Shown here: piece by piece, positions 1-8,073 of the stretch
Numbering within the stretch: position 1 is the first letter of the stretch
Layout: the number at the start of each line of letters is the position of its first letter
Source of the DNA: Chthoniobacteraceae bacterium
GTDB taxonomy: Bacteria > Verrucomicrobiota > Verrucomicrobiia > Chthoniobacterales > Chthoniobacteraceae
Direction: 5' to 3'
Assembly: GCA_040081625.1 (NCBI GenBank)
Contig: JBEBGD010000014.1
Location: 1-64,000 of the forward strand
DNA length: 64,000 nt
Program-made: the position numbers and the translations under genes
Notes under the pieces: generated by a model
Database searches by the model: none
The model's input: the letters and a program-made list of their open reading frames with translations, nothing else
What the model was told of the DNA's origin: nothing

Positions 1-111
1 GATCGCAAGCCACCCTCAACCCACAGCCCGCCTTGTAACCCCCACCAAAAACAAATTCAGCAAATCACTTCGCCCGTAGTTGACACCTTTCATAGGGGTT
101 AGGCGCTTCGT

Positions 112-567
112 TCATTTCGGAGTTGGCTTCCGCTTAGTTGGTTTTGCGATGCGGCTGATGCAATCATCCATAGCACGAATGGTCTCCTGCGGGACCTGTG
201 GACCATACCGAAGCTCGATGACGAGAGACTGCTGGCCCGGCGTTGGGGCGGGAATCTGAATCAGACGATGCGTAAGGCCGTCTTTCTGTTCGGTGCGGTC
301 GGCGAACTCTTTAATGTCCTCGCTCACTGCGACGTTGAGATACAAGCCATACTCCGACGGCTCGGTCTCGGACTGTCGATAGCCGGGAAATGAATCTCCT
401 CGGGCAATGAATCCGCGGAGAGTCGTCTTAACCGACGCCTGCTCGAAGGAGGTAAGTAGCGGAACAAGCGCAACCGAAAAGCCTGTGACTGGGCTATCGA
501 ACGGGCTGGAGGGCTCCGCGCCGAATGCGGAAACCGCGAGAAAGAAGGTAAGAAGGACTCTGTTCAT
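112..567 (-). CDS. Exported hypothetical protein, integron-cassette-like
   Basis: 151-aa ORF with a signal peptide (MNRVLLTFFLAVSAFGA). Flanked by the perfect inverted repeat GTTAGGCGCTTC (98-109) / GAAGCGCCTAAC (580-591). Confidence 0.7.
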   Translation of the reverse strand: MNRVLLTFFLAVSAFGAEPSSPFDSPVTGFSVALVPLLTSFEQASVKTTLRGFIARGDSFPGYRQSETEPSEYGLYLNVAVSEDIKEFADRTEQKDGLTHRLIQIPAPTPGQQSLVIELRYGPQVPQETIRAMDDCISRIAKPTKRKPTPK

Positions 568-913
568 GGAGAAAGCGCAGAAGCGCCTAACATAGAGATT
601 GAGCCGAACTTTTGCGGCATATACCTCCAGATTGAGTGTGGCCTATGCATGGTGCTTTGTGATGAGGTTACTCTGGAACGCGAAAGAGTGGACCTTTTGG
701 TATGCCGCAGGAGTGCGGTAGAAGCCCGTGATAGACCGCACTTGAGGAAAGCGAAACGACAACAGGTTTGCCGGCGAAGAACGGTCTGGGGCATGCAGTT
801 GTGCGCATGAAGTGAGATTCTGTGACCAAGGCAAGCCCGAAACAAGCAGAAAAACACCCCATTGTTCGACAGTGATTGCGCTTTCGCCAACGTTGCCCTA
901 CTCACAGAAACAC

Positions 914-1273
914 ATGCCATCCATCGAACAACTCAAACGCGCCATCACTCTTGCTGAACAAATTGAAAAGCTCCAGTCAGAGCTGAATCAAATCATCAGC
1001 AATGTCGGTGGTAAAGTTTCCACCGTTACCACGACACTGAAAGCGAAAGCCAAGAAGGTCATCAGTCCTGCGGCGCGTGCAAAGATGGTAGCGGGTATCA
1101 AGGCACGCTGGGCCAAGATCAATGCCGCAAAAACTCCAGCGACTCCGGCACCTGCGAGAGATGCCGCTGCTCCTGCGGCGGCACCAAAGTCGAAACTCAA
1201 GCGGAAGATCAGTGCCGAATCCCGTGCCAAGATGATCGCAGGCGCAAAGGCGAGATGGGCCAAGAGGGGCTAA
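914..1273 (+). CDS. Small basic Lys/Ala-rich putative DNA-binding (nucleoid-associated-like) protein
   Basis: ATG at 914 inside ORF 812..1273. N-terminal coiled coil (IEQLKRAITLAEQIEKLQSEL) and two copies of the motif IS..xRAKMxAGxKARWAK. Confidence 0.7.
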   Translation: MPSIEQLKRAITLAEQIEKLQSELNQIISNVGGKVSTVTTTLKAKAKKVISPAARAKMVAGIKARWAKINAAKTPATPAPARDAAAPAAAPKSKLKRKISAESRAKMIAGAKARWAKRG

Positions 1274-1506
1274 CCTACGATTTTCTCGATGTCTTCGACC
1301 TCATCCAAGTCGAAGGTTGTTGGCACCGCTTGCATGACGCCCTGTGGACCTTGTTCCGGTGCAACGATGCTCATTTTGCCTGTCGCAGAATCAGTTGAAA
1401 TGAGTCCCGTGCGCGTTCCTCGATCTTTAAGCGTCAGTTTTAGAATGGCAGGGGTGTTCACGTAGGCGTCGATCGTCGCTTTGAGTTGGTCTGCGTTGGT
1501 GCTCAT
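1270..1506 (-). CDS. Hypothetical protein (78 aa)
   Basis: ATG start, natural composition, stop overlaps the convergent gene's stop by 4 nt. Confidence 0.55.
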   Translation of the reverse strand: MSTNADQLKATIDAYVNTPAILKLTLKDRGTRTGLISTDSATGKMSIVAPEQGPQGVMQAVPTTFDLDEVEDIEKIVG

Positions 1507-1610
1507 GTCGGGAATCGTAAGCAGTCTCTACTCATCAGTCAACCCTTCGAGCGCCACGGGTCCGTCGCGATGAGCGGAGGACAAGAGGGACGAACTCACT
1601 CTCTGTCTTT

Positions 1611-2468
1611 TTAGCCAACGAGTTTAGATCTAATCGAGTTGAAAAAATCGAAAGCAGTCGTTCCGCCGATTTGTAAGGAACTCTTAAACTCCTTTAGTGG
1701 CGAATCCCCAAAGAGCAAATCCATCGGAACAAAGTGAAGGATTATCCCGTTAGAGTGAAAGTGAGCGTGAGAATGAACGCGATTCCAGTCGGGATACTTA
1801 CGTTGCGCTAAAAGCCATTCTCGCTTCTTCTGCACGGACATTGGCGATTCGCTCAAATCCAAATACCATCGCGGCTCAGAAGAAGTAGGACCATCTTTCT
1901 TTAATAGGATGGGAAATGGAACCGATGAACGCCATTCATCGGGCAAGGGTTGATGGTGGGCCGTCAAATCTAAAACGGGATAACCCGGCGTGAAAATCCA
2001 AGAATGTCCTCGGGCTTCGCTGTTCTCAGGCGGGTTGAAAATGTCATCCACATAGTATAGTGAACGGTTTGGCAGAACTCCGTTGCCGTCGTAAATGAGC
2101 GTTCCTAAATACGTGACTGCCCAGATGCCCAATTCTTCGAGCATTAAGGTGATCGCTATAGATGCATCCAAGCAACGACGATTTAGCTCTTCTGGCGAAA
2201 CCTGTGCCACGATTTCCGCTACCAGCTTGTCAACAATACGACGTTGGCGATTTAACTCAGACGCAGATGCACGCCGCATGGCTCGCCGTGCAAAGGCACC
2301 GATGGCCTCTCCAGTTGCAAAGGATACCTCAGTCTCGAACGAAACGAGGTCGGAGTGGTGCTGAAAGCCAGGATGGACCGCCTTCGTCGCCAACACTCGT
2401 TCCACTTCGCGGATGAGGGCTGTTTGAAATTGCAAAATGCTCGTGATCAAAATGGCCTGAGCCGCCAC
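1611..2468 (-). CDS. Hypothetical protein with possible transglutaminase/papain-like Cys-His-Asp triad
   Basis: 285-aa ORF; motifs RCLDASIA, GHSW and VLDLT..Q in the expected order. Confidence 0.6.
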   Translation of the reverse strand: MAAQAILITSILQFQTALIREVERVLATKAVHPGFQHHSDLVSFETEVSFATGEAIGAFARRAMRRASASELNRQRRIVDKLVAEIVAQVSPEELNRRCLDASIAITLMLEELGIWAVTYLGTLIYDGNGVLPNRSLYYVDDIFNPPENSEARGHSWIFTPGYPVLDLTAHHQPLPDEWRSSVPFPILLKKDGPTSSEPRWYLDLSESPMSVQKKREWLLAQRKYPDWNRVHSHAHFHSNGIILHFVPMDLLFGDSPLKEFKSSLQIGGTTAFDFFNSIRSKLVG

Positions 2469-2584
2469 GAACGTGGATCACAACTCAGAATCCTGCAAAT
2501 CCTCGCTGTGCGTTTAAGCGGTCATCGTGCCGATCTCGCGCTACAACGCGATAGCGGTCAATTGTGCGCAATGGCGGGTAGCTA

Positions 2585-2621
2585 AAAGAAAGGGAGCAAC
2601 GTCGCTGTCACTCCCTCCCTT
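2585..2621 (-). terminator. Probable rho-independent terminator
   Basis: Minus strand GGGAG..CTCCC stem followed by TTTCTTTT, just after the stop of 2622..3824. Confidence 0.55.
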
Positions 2622-3824
2622 TTACCGTTGAGCCTTGCTGATACAGTGCATGATCAGGTCGGCCAGAGGTTTTGGCACATACCACTGGGTTTCTTCAAGA
2701 AGCTTGTGCTCCTTGTTTCGCAGAAGTGCGTTCACTCGACGACATGAACTCGGTGCGCCGTTGCTGAATCTACTCAAGTCCTCCCAGCGCATCTTTTGTT
2801 GTGATTTCAGACCGGGAGACAGGCGCATTTCGCTGAGCTGATACTGAATCTTCATATAGGTCATCGCTTTGACGCGGTAGCCGATGAAGTTGAAGGTCAG
2901 CCAGTCGCCTTCATCTGAATAAGAGGAAGCTCCTTTCGGGTGCTCATCCACTAGCTGAATGCTCACCACTTGATTGTCGGTATCAATCGCCATGTCGAGT
3001 CGGTTGAAGTGACCATCGAAGAGTCCGTCGAAGCTGATGTAGTTGAACGAATCTCTCGGCAGACCGGGACACACCACTTTTTTTACCGAGGGCAGCCGCT
3101 GGTTCAAACCGAGAATCGCTAGTGCTTCATTGACGGGCATCAGATACTTGACGCCGTTGTAGAGTTCGATGTCTGCAAACGGCGGGTTTGGATCTGCTTT
3201 ACCGAAGCCATTGAGAACCATGGCAAGATCCTGATGAGTCTTGCTGCCGCCCTGCATTGGGGAATCCCAACCGGTTTTGAGTTTGATGGTTTTCGCACTC
3301 GCTGATGGCAGAGGCTGTTGCGCTGGCGTCGGTGTTGATGGTGATGGGCGTGGTGTTGCTGTTAGTCGTGGCGTCTGGGAATTCGCTACAGGCGTCCTAG
3401 CGCCAGCAGCAGCCTCAAGAAGGCCGGTTCCTACCGAACTCGGCTTATTCGATGCAAACCGATTCTTCGGATTGAACGATTCCACTTTAAGTAGCGTTTC
3501 CGAAAGCTTGCTGAACCGATGAATGCGGTCGGTGAGTTCTGCGAGTAGCTGCCCATCTCGCACTTTGATGACTCCGCTCTTTGACTCCGAGGCATCAACG
3601 AAAGAGAACGATCCATCGGCTGCGATCTTGTAAACGCGATCGACGCCGTTGCTGAAGCGAATGACCCAAGTGCCCGCCAAGCTCGATACATCTGCGTGTT
3701 GTTGCGCCATGCAGAGTGCCGACTGTCCGATCATGAGCACGAAGATCAAGCGAATCCGCTTTGCCGCAGGCTGAGAGCTGCCCGAGATCGATGTGTGTAT
3801 ATTCATCGGGTTCGCAGCAGTCAC
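2622..3824 (-). CDS. Exported two-domain hypothetical protein with Pro/Thr linker
   Basis: Hydrophobic signal-like segment, GTW beta-domain, linker TPRPSPSTPTPAQQP, then a C-terminal domain. GTGA overlap with the upstream gene. Confidence 0.75.
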   Translation of the reverse strand: MTAANPMNIHTSISGSSQPAAKRIRLIFVLMIGQSALCMAQQHADVSSLAGTWVIRFSNGVDRVYKIAADGSFSFVDASESKSGVIKVRDGQLLAELTDRIHRFSKLSETLLKVESFNPKNRFASNKPSSVGTGLLEAAAGARTPVANSQTPRLTATPRPSPSTPTPAQQPLPSASAKTIKLKTGWDSPMQGGSKTHQDLAMVLNGFGKADPNPPFADIELYNGVKYLMPVNEALAILGLNQRLPSVKKVVCPGLPRDSFNYISFDGLFDGHFNRLDMAIDTDNQVVSIQLVDEHPKGASSYSDEGDWLTFNFIGYRVKAMTYMKIQYQLSEMRLSPGLKSQQKMRWEDLSRFSNGAPSSCRRVNALLRNKEHKLLEETQWYVPKPLADLIMHCISKAQR

Positions 3825-4264
3825 TTCGATACCTTTTCGGCCTTTGCGTCGTTGTTCGGCACTCCAAGCTTGAACTTCTCTTTCGTGGGGTAGTGATCCA
3901 GCTTGAACGTGTTTGCTTCGATCTTGTGGATTCGCTCAACGATACCCGATGGGAATTCGAGCAGGTAAGTTGTGCCGTTCGCTTCCAGCACGAGCCTTCC
4001 CCGCTGGTCTTTTCCGTCCCGGTTCCATTTCACGTATCCCTCCTTGGTGATGGTATAGACGCGGACCGAACGATGCTGATCGTTGTAGCTGATCTTCCAG
4101 GTGCCTTCGTAGAGAGCCAGTGCGGCCTTCTTTTGCTGCTCAAGCTGAAAGGAACTCTGAGACAGAGCGAAGTTGACGACGATCAGCAAGACAATCGCTG
4201 TCGCCGAAATCAATTTTGCCGCAGAATTGAAACTGCCGGTGATGGGTGAGTGTGATTTGTTCAT
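3821..4264 (-). CDS. Exported hypothetical protein, paralogous to the N-domain of 2622..3824
   Basis: Signal/TM segment; GTWKISY..VRVYTITKEG matches GTWVIRF..DRVYKIAADG. Confidence 0.7.
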   Translation of the reverse strand: MNKSHSPITGSFNSAAKLISATAIVLLIVVNFALSQSSFQLEQQKKAALALYEGTWKISYNDQHRSVRVYTITKEGYVKWNRDGKDQRGRLVLEANGTTYLLEFPSGIVERIHKIEANTFKLDHYPTKEKFKLGVPNNDAKAEKVSK

Positions 4265-4385
4265 CGTTGTGTTTTACCAGCGTGAGCGGGTGGAGTTGCA
4301 GGAGGGGTGTCTGCGTATTCCTTTTCTGGCATGACGCCAAGCACATATTCCGCATACGGAACGGTAGCGTTGTCAGCGTGGTCTG

Positions 4386-4610
4386 GTGCCACTTCCACCG
4401 TCAGACCTCGACAAGAAGCTCAGCGCCTTCCTGAAGAAGCAGCAGGGCTCGATGACGTTCGCAGAGTTCTCACGCAAAACAGGACTGCCAGCATCCACAC
4501 TGCATCGCCTGATCAACGGAGATCAAAGCATCACGCTCAAGCGACTGGATGGACTGCTGAAGAAACTGAAATGCTCGATCAGCGATGTGTTCGGCGACGG
4601 GAAGAAGTAG
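4386..4610 (+). CDS. XRE/Cro-family HTH regulator
   Basis: MTFAEFSRKTGLPASTLHRLING...ITLKRL..L...LKCSISDVF. Confidence 0.85.
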   Translation: MPLPPSDLDKKLSAFLKKQQGSMTFAEFSRKTGLPASTLHRLINGDQSITLKRLDGLLKKLKCSISDVFGDGKK

Positions 4611-4611
4611 C

Positions 4612-4995
4612 TCACCTGGGCAAGCGTAGATCGATCAATATGCCGACGATGATCCCCAGCGCGTAGGCGGGGATGTCAGGCCAGTTGAAGACGCTGCCGA
4701 GAATCAATGAGCCCAACCATGTCGCTCTCATCGTGTCGATCCAAGCGGCATGGTAAAGCTGACTGAGTTCAACTGCGACGGAGATACCAAAGGCGATCCC
4801 AGCACTCGCCCAGATCCTCGCCCGAGACTGAATCAAGCGGATCAGCAAGAAAACGAGCAATGCCCAAAGTGCATCAGCACCATACTTCTTCGCAAAGGGC
4901 GACAGCGGGAAGATGTGAGATCGCCAGATGAGCCCAAGGGCAACGACGAACAGCGCCGGAGCCAAGTAGATGAGTCGTTGGCGATTACCCGTCAT
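4612..4995 (-). CDS. Small membrane protein (DUF2809-like)
   Basis: Hydrophobic helices; motifs YGADALWA, VELSQLYHAAWID..R, LILG..F.W.DI.AY..G. Confidence 0.75.
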   Translation of the reverse strand: MTGNRQRLIYLAPALFVVALGLIWRSHIFPLSPFAKKYGADALWALLVFLLIRLIQSRARIWASAGIAFGISVAVELSQLYHAAWIDTMRATWLGSLILGSVFNWPDIPAYALGIIVGILIDLRLPR

Positions 4996-5353
4996 CAGGA
5001 AAGTTCACATGCGGTGAAAGCTTGGCCTTCAGCTCGTCGATCAGATCTTCGGCCATGAATTCGTATTCATCGGGAATGTGCAACGTGATGATCTCTTTGC
5101 CCGCGAGCGCATCGGGAAACTTCTGCCTGAGCCTTTGCAGGTGCGACTTCTCCATGACAAAGATGATGTCAGCCCAGCCGATGTGGCATTGAGTGACGAC
5201 GATACGTGCGCCCGGCTGTGTGCCGGCAGACCTCACTGAGTAGCCAGGAATGCCCTCCATCCACTTCTCTGCGGTCAGGCTGCGGATCTTGTTCCGGCTA
5301 CAGATGAAGAGGAGCTTTGTCGCCTTCGCTGATCGCTTATGCGGTCCGTGCAT
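4985..5353 (-). CDS. Low-molecular-weight protein-tyrosine-phosphatase/ArsC-like protein
   Basis: P-loop LLFICSRNKIRS (C-x5-R), VRSAGT, WADIIFVME, IPDEY. ATG overlaps the upstream TGA. Confidence 0.85.
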   Translation of the reverse strand: MHGPHKRSAKATKLLFICSRNKIRSLTAEKWMEGIPGYSVRSAGTQPGARIVVTQCHIGWADIIFVMEKSHLQRLRQKFPDALAGKEIITLHIPDEYEFMAEDLIDELKAKLSPHVNFPDDG

Positions 5354-5532
5354 CACTCGTCTTCGATCTCCTTCTTCCCCTCGCGTCGTGCCGCTTTCTT
5401 CAGTGCTCGACGTGTAGCCGTCACTTCCTCTTTCTGCCGACGTTGCTCAATACCGGGCATTCCAACCTGGTGCACGATCCCTGGTCGTTGCTCACCACGC
5501 AGCTTTGATGTGCTTTTGATGTAGGGCTTCAT
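5353..5532 (-). CDS. Small basic hypothetical protein (59 aa)
   Basis: ATG at 5532; stop coupled (TGATG) to the phosphatase start. Confidence 0.55.
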   Translation of the reverse strand: MKPYIKSTSKLRGEQRPGIVHQVGMPGIEQRRQKEEVTATRRALKKAARREGKKEIEDE

Positions 5533-5578
5533 TGATGTGGGACGTTCTAGCGCACTGATCATTCGTCGTTAGTGGAAG

Positions 5579-6196
5579 CTACTTTTCCAAATGGGTAGGC
5601 AAGGACACGCCTTCCACTATTGCGATTCTTGCATCGGTGATCGCTTTGTCTGTCTGATTTGTCGCTCGCGTCAATTGCTCCACTTCCACACTAGCCGGAC
5701 TCATCTCAAAAGTTCGCTGCAATCTCCATCGCTCCCCCACCATCTCCACGGCCTTCAAAAAGGATTCCCGTGCGGCAGGTGCGAGAAAGAGTGAGTTCTT
5801 GAACCACCAAAGCCTAAACTTCCTTTCCAACAGCTTATAATCAATCAATTCGCCCTGGTTTGGCACGATTTGTCTTAGCTCGTAGAGGAGCGCGAATGCT
5901 TTTTGGTGGGTTGTGAGCCTCTTTTCCCGAGCGATATTGCGATAATCAACGTCCCCCGCCAAAATTGTCAGTTTCTCTGAATACTCATGCTTTATCGATT
6001 CGACTTTGCCTGTTAACGTCGCGATGTCCTCCTTGGTCGCAACTCCTTTGGCTTTCTCTGCAAGGTAGCGCAGAGTAAACACTATCCCAGCAAGCAAAAT
6101 GGCAAGTAAGACGACCAACCACCAAGGGTAGGCACTTGGATGGTCTAAGGCTTTTGCGATTTCGTGCGCTATTTCTCGAATCTCTTCTGGTTTCAT
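5579..6196 (-). CDS. Single-TM coiled-coil hypothetical protein
   Basis: Likely ATG at 6196, which avoids overlap with 6323..6952. TM helix followed by ATKEDIATLTGKVESIKHEY. Confidence 0.7.
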   Translation of the reverse strand: MKPEEIREIAHEIAKALDHPSAYPWWLVVLLAILLAGIVFTLRYLAEKAKGVATKEDIATLTGKVESIKHEYSEKLTILAGDVDYRNIAREKRLTTHQKAFALLYELRQIVPNQGELIDYKLLERKFRLWWFKNSLFLAPAARESFLKAVEMVGERWRLQRTFEMSPASVEVEQLTRATNQTDKAITDARIAIVEGVSLPTHLEK

Positions 6197-6322
6197 CAAT
6201 TGATTGATCTGGTCCGACGAACTACCACACGAATACATTGATTCAACAGCGACCAGAACCATTGTTTGGGCGACACTCTGTCGTCGATTGCTCAAAGCTG
6301 AAGGCATGCGAAGTTCGGCGAG

Positions 6323-6952
6323 ATGCCAAAGAACTCTCGTCCATGCGTTTTCTGCAAGAATGGTGATGGAAGCACGGATGACCACATTCCACCGCTTGGA
6401 TTCTTTCCGAAGCCAAGGCCATCGCATTTAATCACCGTTCCGTCCTGTGAATCGTGCCGCCTTGTTTACCAAGGGGATGATGAGCATGTGCGGAATCTCC
6501 TCGTTTCTCTTGCACAGACTGAGGATCATCCAGCGGTGTCATCCCAGATCGCTGCAAGGCGAGATCGCTCCTTCGACAACAAAATATCCAAGGCAGAGAA
6601 ATTGGTCAGAATGATGCGGTTGGTGAAGGTCGGAATGGGCGAGGGGGTGGTGGCCCATGCTTTTGATCTCAACACCCCGATGGTCGATCACTTTCTGGAG
6701 CGTGTCTGTCGAGGGGTGCTTTATGACGCCCATCGGATTCCCTTCTTTCCAGCAAGCTTCGCTTGGCAACTGATGCCTCCCCACGAAGCTGGTGAACATT
6801 TCAATAAAGCGCCCGTTGAGCTGGCGCGAAAGGAGATCGACAATGTATTCGCCTACATTTGCTCCGACGAGCCGGCTGAGGGGTTTTTCTACGTTAGCCT
6901 TCGGTTCTACGAAAGGTTTTTTGCTCTTGGTAGGCTGCATCCTGTCTCCTGA
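6323..6952 (+). CDS. HNH-endonuclease-like protein
   Basis: CxxC...TDDHIPP..FF......LITVPSCESC zinc/HNH N-terminus. Confidence 0.75.
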   Translation: MPKNSRPCVFCKNGDGSTDDHIPPLGFFPKPRPSHLITVPSCESCRLVYQGDDEHVRNLLVSLAQTEDHPAVSSQIAARRDRSFDNKISKAEKLVRMMRLVKVGMGEGVVAHAFDLNTPMVDHFLERVCRGVLYDAHRIPFFPASFAWQLMPPHEAGEHFNKAPVELARKEIDNVFAYICSDEPAEGFFYVSLRFYERFFALGRLHPVS

Positions 6953-7036
6953 CATTCAATGCCCTTAGAACGCACAGAACAGCCCGCTGTAGTGTCCGAA
7001 GACTTGAGCAATGGCATGGGGGCGGGAATCAGCGTT

Positions 7037-7417
7037 TTAATATTTTCTATCAGGTGCCACAGACGATGCAGCCAGTTGGTGTGTGCGCTCAAGCATCCAA
7101 CCTTTGCTCGCCAGAGCTTTCCCCTGAAGAAGCTCATACACTGCTTGGTGGCTCAATCCATTGCGTCGAGCGAAGCCCCTGGCGGACTGACCGATGATCT
7201 CGCGCTTACGCTCCGCAGGATTTACCAGCACCGTGAGAAACCTAGAGCGCGCCTTCTTTGCACGACGATGGCCGGAACACCATCCTTTGTACCGTTTGAA
7301 GAAGCCACAAGCCAAGCTACGACATGGGCTATATGGCAGTGAGAACTCATGGGCAAACGCCTTCACAGTCTTTGTTCGGACTCGCTGACCAGTAGGGCTG
7401 ATGAACGTGTATCCCAT
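7037..7417 (-). CDS. Protein of two NUMOD1/IENR-like DNA-binding repeats
   Basis: Two units of the form (SP/NP)...FA....L.......L..G.....KGW. Confidence 0.6.
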   Translation of the reverse strand: MGYTFISPTGQRVRTKTVKAFAHEFSLPYSPCRSLACGFFKRYKGWCSGHRRAKKARSRFLTVLVNPAERKREIIGQSARGFARRNGLSHQAVYELLQGKALASKGWMLERTHQLAASSVAPDRKY

Positions 7418-7422
7418 CGTCT

Positions 7423-7464
7423 AAAGTGAAAAGTCTCACCTGCCCGAGATTGAGCAGGTGAGAC
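7423..7464 (-). terminator. Rho-independent terminator
   Basis: 11-bp stem GTCTCACCTGC/GCAGGTGAGAC (7433-7464) followed on the minus strand by TTTTCACTTT, downstream of 7477..7902. Confidence 0.7.
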
Positions 7465-7476
7465 CCTTCTGCTGAT

Positions 7477-7902
7477 TTAGTTCTCGATCAGTGTCCCAGG
7501 AGGGAACGCATGTTCGAGCTTCGAATACGGGTGAGCGTGTTTAGCGCCCTGTTTCTCGATGATCTGGACATCCGCCTTCTTGTTCAGCAGCAGGTCGAGA
7601 TCAATGTTCTGGTCACTGTCGAGGTAGTCGTAGATCCGGTCACCGTGCCACTCCTCAAGGAACGACTTCATGCCGTGGCGTTGCGACTGGCAGCGGGGGT
7701 TTGTGCAAAGGGTCGCGCTGGCAATGTACCCTTCATCTCTACCGTCCTCATCGATGAGTGAAAAGTCGAACCTCTGTTGCTGTTCTAGCGGACAACTGCA
7801 AAAAGCCTTCTTGGCTGGTCTGTGCCTGAAGAAGGTGCCTCGATAATTTCCCTTGGGCACCTCGAAGGGATTGTTGATTGGGTTTCCGAAATAGAATTTC
7901 AT
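7477..7902 (-). CDS. Hypothetical protein, possibly phage-type ssDNA-binding (OB-fold)
   Basis: Pattern VPKGNY...FLEEWHG...IDLDLLLNKKADVQI...Y resembles phage SSB-like proteins; lies directly downstream of the replication gene. Confidence 0.55.
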   Translation of the reverse strand: MKFYFGNPINNPFEVPKGNYRGTFFRHRPAKKAFCSCPLEQQQRFDFSLIDEDGRDEGYIASATLCTNPRCQSQRHGMKSFLEEWHGDRIYDYLDSDQNIDLDLLLNKKADVQIIEKQGAKHAHPYSKLEHAFPPGTLIEN

Positions 7903-8073
7903 GTTGTCTATATGTGCAAAACGACTGCCTCACACATCAGATAAGGCATGACCCTCATCCGATTGCACAACGTGGTGAAGCAGTCGGTTAAAGTTGTCGT
8001 TGTGTTATTAGCATGTTACCAAAAAGCACATACGCATGACAAGACTATTATGACCGCGCTAGTTAATATCCGA

